From: a virus | Strand: one strand, 5' to 3' | IMG/VR virus record: IMGVR_UViG_3300030099_006944 | Coordinates: 123,356 to 187,355 of that record | Length of the DNA stretch: 64,000 nt | Part shown: positions 1 through 10,329 of the stretch, piece by piece | Layout: each line of letters begins with the position of its first letter | Numbering within the stretch: the first letter of the stretch is position 1 | The notes under the pieces: model-generated | Database searches by the model: none | What the model was told of the DNA's origin: nothing | The model's input: only the letters and a program-made list of their open reading frames with translations | Translations under genes and position numbers: made by a program

Positions 1-2
1 AA

Positions 3-62
3 AGAACCATCGAGGAATACGAGAAAGAAAAGAAAGCAATGGATAAAGCTAAACGCAAATAG
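3..62 (+). CDS. 3' end of gene upstream of tape measure (possible tail assembly chaperone), partial
   Basis: Open frame RTIEEYEKEKKAMDKAKRK* at window edge; position immediately before TMP. Confidence 0.4.
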   Translation, partial: RTIEEYEKEKKAMDKAKRK

Positions 63-64
63 AA

Positions 65-89
65 TGTGCCCATTAATTGGGCATTTTTT
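65..89 (+). terminator. Intrinsic terminator
   Basis: TGCCCA-TTAAT-TGGGCA hairpin followed by T6. Confidence 0.55.
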
Positions 90-123
90 ATTGTGAACTA
101 ATTAAATGTAAAGAGGATTATAT

Positions 124-2730
124 ATGTTCGGACCAAAGATATTCATGGATCCAACCGAAGGTGGTGGAGGTGGCCCCAACGAGGGAAACAAAAAACTTAC
201 CGGCGCCGAAAAAGATCTGGCGGAAGGGATAGCGAGACAAAAAGAGCTAAAAGACCTCGTTGAAAAAGCAAAAAAAACGCAACAAGAAATCTTGCAAGAA
301 AAAAAAGCCGAACAAGTGATCATGTCGGATATGATCGCAGCTTCTCAAACCCAATTGGAAATTGACAAAATGCGAAGAGAAGATGCCACTAAAAAATTAA
401 TGGAAGAATTGGCAGGTCTGAGAGAGATCACTGACGAGAAAGAACAACAAGAACACCTAGAAAAGAGGTTAAGTGAAATCGCTGGTAAACGTGTCGAATT
501 AGGTGAGGATTTCATAGATATATTAAAGGACGATGAAAAGTTTACTAAAAAAATAGCAGAATTAACAGAAGCTGCTGAAAAATCCGAGGAAAAAAGAAAG
601 AAAACAATAGAAACCACAAGTCAACTTCACAACAAGATTGCTAAGAAATTGGGAATTAGCACCAAGTATAGCGATAATATGGTTGTGAGTCTACTAAAAG
701 GGAATGTTAATTTAAGTGACATGTTAGGTACTGTTTTGAGTTTCAAGAATGTTTTGAATAATGTAGTTGGTACAGCAGCCAAAATGGCTCTCGAAATTGA
801 TGACACCGCAAAGGCTCTTGGTAAGGCCACCGGCATGGGAAATCAGTTTCAAGGTCAAATATTGGCCGTGCACAGCAACACAATAGCCATGGGCGCATCA
901 ATTCAAGATGCCAGTAATGCTACTAAAAGTTTAATCGAGAATTTCTCTGCTTTTAATCCAAATGCTGACGCCGCAAATGAACATATGGCAACGAACATTG
1001 TTTTGTTAGAAAAAATTGGTGTTAACGGTGCCGACGCGGCAAAATCGATGGATTTTTTCACAAGATCAATGGGTATGTCTGCCAAAGCCGCAACAGACAT
1101 GACCAGAAACATTGCCATGATGGGCAAGAACATGGGAGTGACTGCCTCTAAGATGATTTCTGATTTTCAATCTGTATCTGGTGACATTGCAATGTACGGA
1201 GCCAGAATGGAAGGTGTGTTCCAAAATTTAGCAGCCCAAGCAAAAGCAACCGGTATGTCCATGAGTTCTTTGGTTAACTTAGGTAAGCAATTTGATACAT
1301 TTGACAAAGCAGCCGACACCACAGCAAAGTTAAATGCGGTCTTAGGCACTAGCTTATCGACGATTGATATGATGAATATGTCATATGACGAAAGAATAAA
1401 GTATCTCCAACAAGAACTTCGAAGTGTTGGGGCAAATATGGACTCTATGGATCCATATACAAAGATGTATATCGCACAATCTTTGGGAGTTAAAGATGTA
1501 GCAGAAGCGCAACGTCTACTAAACATGTCTCAAAAGGAAATGGACCAAAACAGAAGATTACAAGAAGCAGCCAACACAAGACAAGAAAAATTAAAAGAAT
1601 TGACAACAGAACTTGTTCCTGTTATGCAACAAATGAAAATTGCTTTCTCTCAAATTGCTGTTGCTGTATCTCCGGTGGTTGAATTATTCATTGGTTTACT
1701 TACAATGATCACTGACCTAAATACAGCGCTCGGTGGAGCACTTGTCCCAACCTTGATAGGCTTTGTGGCAGTCAAGAAAGCTTTGGCGGGAATTACAGCG
1801 CTGTATACTGGTTGGCAACAGTTATCTTTAATCGCAACAGGAGAAACAACATTAGCAAAAATGGCAGAACAAGGAGTTACTGCATCCGCGATCACTACAA
1901 AATATGCCGATGCTGTTGCTTCACAAGCCCAAGCAGGATCCACGACTCTTTTGGGGATAGCAACACGAAACGCTGGTCGAGCCATGGCGAAGTTTGCTCT
2001 CTTACTAATGGGGGTTGCTTTGGCTTTCCATTATTCTCAGAGTCCACCTTTGTATTTAATTGCTGGTGTTATGGCCATTGGGGTGTTTCTCTTGGCAAGA
2101 TCATTGAATACAATGGGGCCTGCTGCAATAAAAGGCGCGGCGGTACTTATGTTGGTCGCTTTGGCAATGGGGATCATGTTTGGGTCAATGACCATGCTAA
2201 TCCAATCGATCGTGCTTCTATTTGACACATTGGTCGGTAGTCTTTTTCAGATTCCGTTAGTGGTTGTTGGTATATACTCAATAGCCGGCGCAATTGCTGT
2301 TCTTGCTGCCACTTCGATCGCTGCTCTCGTTCCGATTTTGGCAATTTTTTCTACTATGTCTGTAATGGGCGCGGCTCTCCTAGGAGTCACAGCGATGGCT
2401 GGTACCGCTGTTTTAGGTGGAATCGGTGAAAGTCTTATGGCCATGGGAACCGGAATGGAAAAGTTTTCAAATGGCTTGACTCAGGTGTCAAAATTAGCAA
2501 CGCAAATGTCTGCTGCTGTGGGTGATGGATTCATGGCTATAACCAGCGATGGTGCTGGTGCCAGTGCTGTAATAGGTACCGGAGATATAATGAAAAACTT
2601 TGTTGATGGCAAGATAACTGTGGATGTCAATATACCAGAGATAAAGATGCCAGAAACCACGGTTAATGTTTATATCGATGGCAAGAAAATGGAAGGTATC
2701 ATCAAGAAAGTTGTGTCGAGGGCTGGATAA
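124..2730 (+). CDS. Tail tape measure protein
   Basis: 868 aa, coiled-coil N-terminus, Ala/Gly-rich helical repeats, hydrophobic C-terminal segments, followed by baseplate-like genes. Confidence 0.8.
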   Translation: MFGPKIFMDPTEGGGGGPNEGNKKLTGAEKDLAEGIARQKELKDLVEKAKKTQQEILQEKKAEQVIMSDMIAASQTQLEIDKMRREDATKKLMEELAGLREITDEKEQQEHLEKRLSEIAGKRVELGEDFIDILKDDEKFTKKIAELTEAAEKSEEKRKKTIETTSQLHNKIAKKLGISTKYSDNMVVSLLKGNVNLSDMLGTVLSFKNVLNNVVGTAAKMALEIDDTAKALGKATGMGNQFQGQILAVHSNTIAMGASIQDASNATKSLIENFSAFNPNADAANEHMATNIVLLEKIGVNGADAAKSMDFFTRSMGMSAKAATDMTRNIAMMGKNMGVTASKMISDFQSVSGDIAMYGARMEGVFQNLAAQAKATGMSMSSLVNLGKQFDTFDKAADTTAKLNAVLGTSLSTIDMMNMSYDERIKYLQQELRSVGANMDSMDPYTKMYIAQSLGVKDVAEAQRLLNMSQKEMDQNRRLQEAANTRQEKLKELTTELVPVMQQMKIAFSQIAVAVSPVVELFIGLLTMITDLNTALGGALVPTLIGFVAVKKALAGITALYTGWQQLSLIATGETTLAKMAEQGVTASAITTKYADAVASQAQAGSTTLLGIATRNAGRAMAKFALLLMGVALAFHYSQSPPLYLIAGVMAIGVFLLARSLNTMGPAAIKGAAVLMLVALAMGIMFGSMTMLIQSIVLLFDTLVGSLFQIPLVVVGIYSIAGAIAVLAATSIAALVPILAIFSTMSVMGAALLGVTAMAGTAVLGGIGESLMAMGTGMEKFSNGLTQVSKLATQMSAAVGDGFMAITSDGAGASAVIGTGDIMKNFVDGKITVDVNIPEIKMPETTVNVYIDGKKMEGIIKKVVSRAG

Positions 2731-4283
2731 TGACATTTTGGAACACCTATAAGCCAACAGGCAACCAAGGTAGTGAAGCTATGTCTTATAATTATGCTAG
2801 CCGGATCTACATAGGCTCTGCTATATCAAAAAGATACATAGAGTTGCCGGCATTTATCCGAGACTTAAAATATGCATTAAACAAAAACATAGAGACAATT
2901 GACGAAAAGGACAAAACCGGAGCTAGGTACATAGAGAAGGCTAGTGCTGTATCTATGACCTTATCAATTGATGTTCCAGCCGCGAGTGCTCTTGAAGCGA
3001 AGTCAAACTTAGCTAGGGTTAGTGAAATAATGAGGATGATATCTCCCAGCGGAGGGTTTACCACGATTACTTCGGCAGAGGGTGTATCCGAAACTGTTTC
3101 ACAGGCAGCGACGGCTCCAAAAATATATATACTTTGTTCAAATTTGATATCATTTGGAAGAAAAGATGTTGTTGACTTAATTAGTAATTTTTCCGAACTC
3201 AAAACAAATGGGCTACCCGGATATATAAAAGACTTCGATTACACTCCGGATATTGAAGCAGGATTTTTTATAGATGAAGATTTTCGAGCACCTAGAAACA
3301 TAAAAGTCGACATAACCTTGTCAGTTGATGCCTTGCCGCGAGACATAATCGACTCTGACGCATTAAAAGCCCTTCCGGCAGAGACTTCTGCTGTCGAGGA
3401 CGAAGTGTATGTAATTAGAGGATTCTCGATCACCGGTGAATTTATGCCCGGAGATGGTGGTGGGTGGCCTTTTGGTATATCTATCAAGGATTCTAGACAA
3501 TCTGGTGCTGAATATAACTATAAGACTCTTAATAGTCATAAAACAGATTATGCAACCAATGCAAGTTCTTTTTTCATGATTGGAAACAATGAAAAGGAAC
3601 AGCGAGGAAAATTCAACTCTAAATGGAGTAAAACTCAAATCGACCTGCAAACGAATGCCGTAGGATATGGCACACCAGTGTACTGTTTGTTCAAAATGTT
3701 CTTAGAGGACTTCAAATTCTCCAAAAAAACCTCACTAGAACCAAGAGAAGTGAACAATACTGACGTCGGGCAAGCATATTTTAATTACAGCGATAGTAAT
3801 TCAGAGGTCGATATCAAATTTTCAATCATTGCAGACGATTTGGAACAAGCGAAGAAAAATTGCGGGAAAATACAAATACTTTTTAGACTTTTATTAACCG
3901 AAAATGAACTTGATGGTGGAAATTGGTCTAACTATGCTGATATTTTTAGAGTTCTTTATTCTCCTAGTCTATTAGAGAGGCACGATTCAACCAAAGAGAT
4001 AAATAATGATCCAAATACTTTATGGGAAAATGGAATAGGTTGCAAGGTCAATGGAATCTCTGTTGATAATCACAATGATTTAGGGTATTTTATAGAAAAA
4101 GATGGAGCAATTAAGAAATACTATCCCAAAGGATTTAAAATCTCCATCACGGCTGCTATCACCGGTCGAGAAGCCTCTCCTCACTTGTACGCAGGTCGAC
4201 CCGGAAACTATAAATCTGATGGTGCGACACTAATCAGAGATGATATCACAGGGATTATAAATTTCCCGTTTAAATTTAAATAA
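2730..4283 (+). CDS. Putative tail/baseplate structural protein
   Basis: 517 aa, coupled to TMP (TAATG overlap), internally duplicated beta-rich tube-like segments. Confidence 0.5.
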   Translation: MTFWNTYKPTGNQGSEAMSYNYASRIYIGSAISKRYIELPAFIRDLKYALNKNIETIDEKDKTGARYIEKASAVSMTLSIDVPAASALEAKSNLARVSEIMRMISPSGGFTTITSAEGVSETVSQAATAPKIYILCSNLISFGRKDVVDLISNFSELKTNGLPGYIKDFDYTPDIEAGFFIDEDFRAPRNIKVDITLSVDALPRDIIDSDALKALPAETSAVEDEVYVIRGFSITGEFMPGDGGGWPFGISIKDSRQSGAEYNYKTLNSHKTDYATNASSFFMIGNNEKEQRGKFNSKWSKTQIDLQTNAVGYGTPVYCLFKMFLEDFKFSKKTSLEPREVNNTDVGQAYFNYSDSNSEVDIKFSIIADDLEQAKKNCGKIQILFRLLLTENELDGGNWSNYADIFRVLYSPSLLERHDSTKEINNDPNTLWENGIGCKVNGISVDNHNDLGYFIEKDGAIKKYYPKGFKISITAAITGREASPHLYAGRPGNYKSDGATLIRDDITGIINFPFKFK

Positions 4284-4296
4284 GGACAAAAAACAC

Positions 4297-4623
4297 ATGC
4301 CGATATTCAGAAACAACAGAACCGGAATCAATAAAAATCCACTATACGATGAACTATTGGAGAAAAGAGGGTTACCCAAGATAGAGCATTTCCGAACAAT
4401 GCCTTTCTCTGGTTTGGATACAGACACTATAATGGTCAGTGAATATATTTGGCGAGCAGGTGATTCGTTGCAAAAACTATCTAGAACCTTTTATAGAACC
4501 TATGAGTATTGGTGGGTGATCGGTTTTGTTAACAAGAAGCCCACCGATGCACATTATAAACTCGGAGACACAGTTTATATTCCCACCGATCCTTCTTATA
4601 TTGCTGATAACATTGGGAGTTAA
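4297..4623 (+). CDS. LysM-like baseplate wedge / tail protein X
   Basis: YIWRAGDSLQKLSRTFY..YWWVIGFVN..LGDTVYIP LysM-like pattern in tail module. Confidence 0.7.
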   Translation: MPIFRNNRTGINKNPLYDELLEKRGLPKIEHFRTMPFSGLDTDTIMVSEYIWRAGDSLQKLSRTFYRTYEYWWVIGFVNKKPTDAHYKLGDTVYIPTDPSYIADNIGS

Positions 4624-4625
4624 AA

Positions 4626-7600
4626 ATGTCAACTAACGAAGAAATAGTAAAAAAACTACTTGAGCTTTATTTTCAAAATAAGGAAGGGGAAAACACAAAC
4701 ACTTACATTGATCGCATTAAAAACCTTAAACCTGCTGATAGAACCGCCTTGTTTGACCGTGGGGTTGGCGTGATCGACCTTTCGGGATTGGGGGACTCTA
4801 TCACTGAGCAAAGAAAAGCACGAGCAGAAATGCTTAGTCAATACTGGGAGAGTAGAGGGATTGAAGCCAGCGGTTGGCCATGGGATGTCGTGGTAAGTTT
4901 TATTCAAGACGGCGATCATGCACTGTATCCGAAGGGCTCAGGAAAGAAAGGTCAATTTACACAAGAGGAGTACGTTGCAGCAGCCCGGGCTGGTGTGTTA
5001 AAGGCATCGGAACAAGCAAGCAAGGATGGGGGCGCTCTGGATGTTTGGAACTTTTATGAGGTATGGAGAACCGAAGGAGGGGGTGGAAAGCAATCGGCTC
5101 ACTTTCAGAGAAAAGTCAACAAGAAGAGTTTAGCTGGGCAGACCACATCTACAACCACTACTGGTTCGGGTCCAAAAACGAAACTGTGGTCGTTATATCA
5201 CAGAATTGTTGAAGGGGGTATACACTTCTTTAAGGATGAAACAAGTGATGGTGAGCCACTGTGGGGTTTCGATGGAAGAGATATGAGTGCCCGGACGGAT
5301 ATTAGTGGTATAAGAAGCAAGAACTGGGCCCCGGGGAAGCCCGGTCCATTCTTTCTGGCTCTCACAGAGGATAATGCAATCGGAGAGAAAGGTGATAATT
5401 TTTTGGGTTTCCAAACTGGAGAAAATCTATCGAGTATCGCTAGCATTGATGGAGATGGGATTGAAGATAGCAAAGTCGAGGAAGGTGATTATTCTGACTA
5501 TTCTCAATGCTTGATTTTGGCTTCTTATTTAAAATCTCCAAAGATGGAGATTAATTATTTCGCAAAACAAGGATTACTAGCAAAACAAGGTGACCCAACA
5601 GCTTATTGGAGCGACAGGATTATACCTCTGTGGCTTGAAGATCCAGATAAGTTTATAAATTACAGTATTATGCCTCCAACTTATTCTGATTTTTTCAAGA
5701 ACTTGCAAATCGATCCTCAAACGGGTAACTTCTTGAAGATCAATGAAGAATATAGACCCGCTATTGATCCAATGGCGTATTCCAAGATGGTGTTAAAGAC
5801 GTCTTTGAAATATATATATACTGAATACAATTCTGATAATACTCCAACAATCATCGATGTCCCCATAAGAAACAACTCGGTTGAAACATTACAGGGTGAT
5901 TATTTTAAATTAAGAATTGCGAATGATATTTCTTCACGGGTCGTTAGTGATGATGATGCCATGGTTATTAAAGAGTCCGGAGGCATATTCAATTCACTAC
6001 AAGACATAAAAGACTTCATAAGTAGCGTGAAAAACGCAGCTAACACCGGGGAAAACAATAATTTTTATCACCTAGAAAACGTGGATATTAAATTTGATGG
6101 TACCAATCCATCTACTGCTAGGAAAGATGTGCAGGTCTCGTTGAAATTTATTTGCGATTCTTTTCACACTTTTAGTACATATGAGATTTCCGACAAGGGA
6201 CTGCTGGGTAAAGATTTCAAAGGTAATTCAAAGAAAATTACATTAGCAGATCTGGTTTCTTTACCTACTACTGGTAAAACAATCAACGATTCTGAGCCCG
6301 GAGGGTTTATTAAAAATCAGTTTAGTCCCAACTACAATCGACTACAATTATCGATAAGCCACTTCAACTTAGTACAAGAGAGAGTATCAAAAGAAGAATC
6401 AACAACAGAGAGTGATGATAACTTTGGAGGTAGAGGAGTAGGTACACAAGGTCATCGCGGTACCACAGGTAACAACAGTGCTGGTGGGGACACAATAAGT
6501 TTCAAAAAAGTTAGCGAAAATGAATGGATTAAAACATCAAAAGCTGACGGTAACGATATGATATTGGATCTTTCCGTTATTGATCACACGATTGAAAGAG
6601 ATCCGGCAACCGGTTTTATCACTTTTACTGTAAATTATCGCGGTTATTTTGATTCTATGTTAACCACTCCTGCTTGTGATGCTTTAGCTGACAAACGAAT
6701 CAATGACAGGCGCAGCCAAAGAGATAAGCTATTAAGAAATGCAGCCAGAATAGGTTGCACCAGAAACGAAATAAAAGAAATAATGGACAAAAACCAAGCA
6801 ACCGCTCAGTTGGAAAAAGATCGCGCCATGGCATCTATAATTGAGCGATTGGCAACAAGAGGGAGACTATATGTTACAGATATCCCAACTAGTCATTTAA
6901 AGAGTTTTGTGCAGACAGGTCACCTAAACAAAACTGCTAGGGAATCTGTTGATATCATCATTGATATAGAATCACCCGTCGGTGGTGGTACTAGTATTGC
7001 GCAACTCCTAGGAGAAAGCGATATCGATCGAGCCGAATCAGAAGACATAGAACTTCAAGATAGAAACTGGGGTGGTGATGTTGCGGCCGGATTTGATGCT
7101 GCTTGGGACAAATATGTCACGGGCGAAGGCTCAGAAGGCTTTTCCGATGCGTATGGCGCTAGTGATATATATCAAAAATACAGAGACGGTCGTTCTTGGA
7201 GGACATGGTCTTTTTTCTTAGGTGATCTTTTGGATGTTATTTCGGATAGTATATACGAGGAAGGAACCAGCGTACACCACAAGCAATACAAAGCAATGAA
7301 TTTGAAATTTATGGCTTCTACATTTGCGATACCGGATTTTTTTAGCGAAGTCGGCGAGGATCATGATGATATATTGAGAAACATTCTCTCGGTACCTATT
7401 TCTTTGGATTTTTTCAAAAAATGGTTTAATGAAAACGTAACCAATAAAGATCTATTGTTTTACCCTATGGGCACCATGATTAAAGATTTAGTCGAACGCG
7501 TGATATCAGGTCTTCTATATGAAACATGTTTATCAAGCCCAACCGATACTCCCCCTATATTTAGAATTGGGTATTTTACGGATTGTAGAAAACGATATAA

Positions 7601-9071
7601 TCTAATGAGAACTTATAAGTTCCAAAGACGATCTACCGCAGTGGGTCAGTGGTCTCCATGGCTAGATTGGAAAACCGCTAGTCTTTTTAGTTACAACAGA
7701 GACAAAGCCTTGTTTCATATGGATTCAAGTGTGGAGACCAAAGACAGAAAAAACTATTGTGTTATATATTGTATGAAATCAATGGTTATGAATCGAAAAC
7801 TGACTCAGAACATTTACAACGATGAAGACAGTTTTGAGAACTTTGTACCAGTCATCTGTTATGGTACAAACAACATCGGGGCTAATTATCTATCAGATGT
7901 AAAATTTAGTAAAACTAGTACACCCGGTCTTCGCGAGGCCAGATATTTTGGTAGTGCCAATGGTGGACTAAGTCTTTTGTCAAATGTTTATGATTTGTCT
8001 TTTAGTTTTAGTAAAATGGCTGCTAATACATTCTTTTATCCGGGCTCTGTTTTTGATTTTCGGCTGCTGGATAAGGGGATGGGTAGTCCTCATGACAAAA
8101 AGTCACTAGCATATCATATGGGCTTCGGAGGGTATCATATGGTCAAGTCAGTAAATTATAATTTAAATGTACATGCCAGTGACTATCAAATAACTGTCGA
8201 TTCTAAATTTATTGGCACCAAACAACCAGAAGATCCTTGGAGAAACTTTCCAAACGCCTCTGCTATTGAAGCCGCCGTCGATGCAAAATGCGATGATCTT
8301 ATAATAAAATCAGAAAGGGTATTTGCACTTGAACAAGAACAAAGGAATGCAGATGAGGCATACAATTCAATAAGTTCTGATGGTGTTATCACCATCGAGG
8401 ATATAGAAGACGATGCAGAAAGAGCCACACTGGCTAGTGAAGAACAAGAACTGTTGGATAACCAAATTGAAGCTTGGTGGGCCGAGAACAAGGATTCGGT
8501 CATGGAAGCGGTTAAGGCGAGGATAGCCAGCAACAAGGAAACTGCTGTAAAGAACGCTTGGGCCAGGAAGGAAAACCTTCGTTGGGGTCTAGACGAGTAT
8601 TCCGGAAAGGATCTGTTAAATTCGACGGATAAACCTTTTGCAAAGGATAACGGCCTAGATGATGACCCTGATTACTACTACTACACAGGGTATACCGATG
8701 CTGGTATAGAGGAGTGGTTAACTACCGGGACCTTAGGTGACCCGGACGAAACCGGAACGAGAGCTTTTAATCCTCCGATAACGGACTTAACTTCAAATGA
8801 TCCAAACAGCATTGGACAATACCTAATAAAATCAACCGCGATACTTTATTGTCATGATGATCATTATGTGCCTTTTGTGAGAGTTCAATACCGAAATGGT
8901 TTTAAATATTACACCTACAAGCCAACTGGTGCTAGCACCGCGGCTCAGGTTGCGTACAACATGAGTAGATACGGAGCTGATGCATCTAAGTATACGAGCG
9001 AAATCATAGAGTTCAAGCCATACATTGACAGTACCACTTACCGCTGGTCAACTGAGTTCGATTATGGATAA
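4626..9071 (+). CDS. Large virion protein, baseplate hub-like
   Basis: 1481 aa after LysM gene; C-terminal FYPGSVF..GFGGYHMVKSV pattern typical of hub proteins. Confidence 0.5.
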   Translation: MSTNEEIVKKLLELYFQNKEGENTNTYIDRIKNLKPADRTALFDRGVGVIDLSGLGDSITEQRKARAEMLSQYWESRGIEASGWPWDVVVSFIQDGDHALYPKGSGKKGQFTQEEYVAAARAGVLKASEQASKDGGALDVWNFYEVWRTEGGGGKQSAHFQRKVNKKSLAGQTTSTTTTGSGPKTKLWSLYHRIVEGGIHFFKDETSDGEPLWGFDGRDMSARTDISGIRSKNWAPGKPGPFFLALTEDNAIGEKGDNFLGFQTGENLSSIASIDGDGIEDSKVEEGDYSDYSQCLILASYLKSPKMEINYFAKQGLLAKQGDPTAYWSDRIIPLWLEDPDKFINYSIMPPTYSDFFKNLQIDPQTGNFLKINEEYRPAIDPMAYSKMVLKTSLKYIYTEYNSDNTPTIIDVPIRNNSVETLQGDYFKLRIANDISSRVVSDDDAMVIKESGGIFNSLQDIKDFISSVKNAANTGENNNFYHLENVDIKFDGTNPSTARKDVQVSLKFICDSFHTFSTYEISDKGLLGKDFKGNSKKITLADLVSLPTTGKTINDSEPGGFIKNQFSPNYNRLQLSISHFNLVQERVSKEESTTESDDNFGGRGVGTQGHRGTTGNNSAGGDTISFKKVSENEWIKTSKADGNDMILDLSVIDHTIERDPATGFITFTVNYRGYFDSMLTTPACDALADKRINDRRSQRDKLLRNAARIGCTRNEIKEIMDKNQATAQLEKDRAMASIIERLATRGRLYVTDIPTSHLKSFVQTGHLNKTARESVDIIIDIESPVGGGTSIAQLLGESDIDRAESEDIELQDRNWGGDVAAGFDAAWDKYVTGEGSEGFSDAYGASDIYQKYRDGRSWRTWSFFLGDLLDVISDSIYEEGTSVHHKQYKAMNLKFMASTFAIPDFFSEVGEDHDDILRNILSVPISLDFFKKWFNENVTNKDLLFYPMGTMIKDLVERVISGLLYETCLSSPTDTPPIFRIGYFTDCRKRYNLMRTYKFQRRSTAVGQWSPWLDWKTASLFSYNRDKALFHMDSSVETKDRKNYCVIYCMKSMVMNRKLTQNIYNDEDSFENFVPVICYGTNNIGANYLSDVKFSKTSTPGLREARYFGSANGGLSLLSNVYDLSFSFSKMAANTFFYPGSVFDFRLLDKGMGSPHDKKSLAYHMGFGGYHMVKSVNYNLNVHASDYQITVDSKFIGTKQPEDPWRNFPNASAIEAAVDAKCDDLIIKSERVFALEQEQRNADEAYNSISSDGVITIEDIEDDAERATLASEEQELLDNQIEAWWAENKDSVMEAVKARIASNKETAVKNAWARKENLRWGLDEYSGKDLLNSTDKPFAKDNGLDDDPDYYYYTGYTDAGIEEWLTTGTLGDPDETGTRAFNPPITDLTSNDPNSIGQYLIKSTAILYCHDDHYVPFVRVQYRNGFKYYTYKPTGASTAAQVAYNMSRYGADASKYTSEIIEFKPYIDSTTYRWSTEFDYG

Positions 9072-9082
9072 GGAGAAAAATT

Positions 9083-10321
9083 GTGTTTAAATCCCAAAAT
9101 GAAATCACATCTACTAAACGAAAGATGCAACAAACAGCACGATGGAAATTGTATTCTCAAAAACCCTCGGTTGCTACAAAAGATCTAAACCTCATCGAAT
9201 ATCAATATTACGGATTAATAGATACAGAAAATTATTCAGTAGTTCCAGATGAAATAATGATGAGAGAAATAAAATCTCATGCACCAGAATCTCGTAATTT
9301 GGTTTTTAACTTCGTAGCAGACGCCTTTGAGGCTCTACAAAATCATTTATCAAAAGCAGTTCTTCGAGGCCAAATAGATCAGGAAGGTCCGTTTGGCAAC
9401 TTAAAAGCCTTCAAAGCATATACACCCCCTAAAAACAGATACGAAAAACATATCTCAAATATATTATACAAATTGAATACCACACAAATTCCAAAAGTAA
9501 CCGGCATTAATAATATAACATCTTATAATGACTATGTCAATTGTTTTTTTGATATAATTAACAAAAGCGAAAAGGATAGTGCAATAACACTAAGCAAGTT
9601 TAATAAATCATACTATTCCAGTATTTTAGACACCGGGCTGGCTATCAGTTACCATGATGTGCCGATGAATGATAAAAAACAAAAGTTCAATAAAATTTTA
9701 ACCAAATCTAGATTTAACTATTTCAGAGATATATGTAAAAACTTTGGGTTTTCTACGGTCTTTGATAACCCAAACATATTAGTTTTTGACGTTGCCAGTC
9801 CAGCAGCAAAGAAATATTTGGAAGCATATAGTATTTTTAATATACCATCTATATTTGCAAATTACTATATCAAGACTTATATATATGATATAGAATATAT
9901 TAATAATTATATTAATTTATATTATAATAAATATGTTAGCATGTATCCTTTAACTATAGAAACAGAAGTACACTGTAATAAAACATTTCAAAAAAGAATT
10001 ACTAGACAAAAGATAGATCTATCATACAAGATACCAATAGATATCATGATAGAAAAATATGTCATGATTCGCAACAGAGAAGAAGGCTCCCCATTCAGCG
10101 AAGGAAAAACAAAAAGGATTGTAAAAAAGGCAATTTATTTTCAAAAATCATTTGACAAAACCAAAGCACTAAGTTATATTAGTAGAGAGTTCAAAGATCA
10201 GGTATGGAACAAAAATTTTGGATATCATGATCGCCTTGAAAAAGAGCGTCAAAATAATTCCTTTGAGTCTGCCGCATTTGAACCAGATACAACACCCTCA
10301 TCAGGAGGGTCAGGATACTAG
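9083..10321 (+). CDS. Hypothetical protein (412 aa)
   Basis: Long ORF, GTG start with AAGGAG SD. Confidence 0.6.
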   Translation: MFKSQNEITSTKRKMQQTARWKLYSQKPSVATKDLNLIEYQYYGLIDTENYSVVPDEIMMREIKSHAPESRNLVFNFVADAFEALQNHLSKAVLRGQIDQEGPFGNLKAFKAYTPPKNRYEKHISNILYKLNTTQIPKVTGINNITSYNDYVNCFFDIINKSEKDSAITLSKFNKSYYSSILDTGLAISYHDVPMNDKKQKFNKILTKSRFNYFRDICKNFGFSTVFDNPNILVFDVASPAAKKYLEAYSIFNIPSIFANYYIKTYIYDIEYINNYINLYYNKYVSMYPLTIETEVHCNKTFQKRITRQKIDLSYKIPIDIMIEKYVMIRNREEGSPFSEGKTKRIVKKAIYFQKSFDKTKALSYISREFKDQVWNKNFGYHDRLEKERQNNSFESAAFEPDTTPSSGGSGY

Positions 10322-10329
10322 GAGGACAC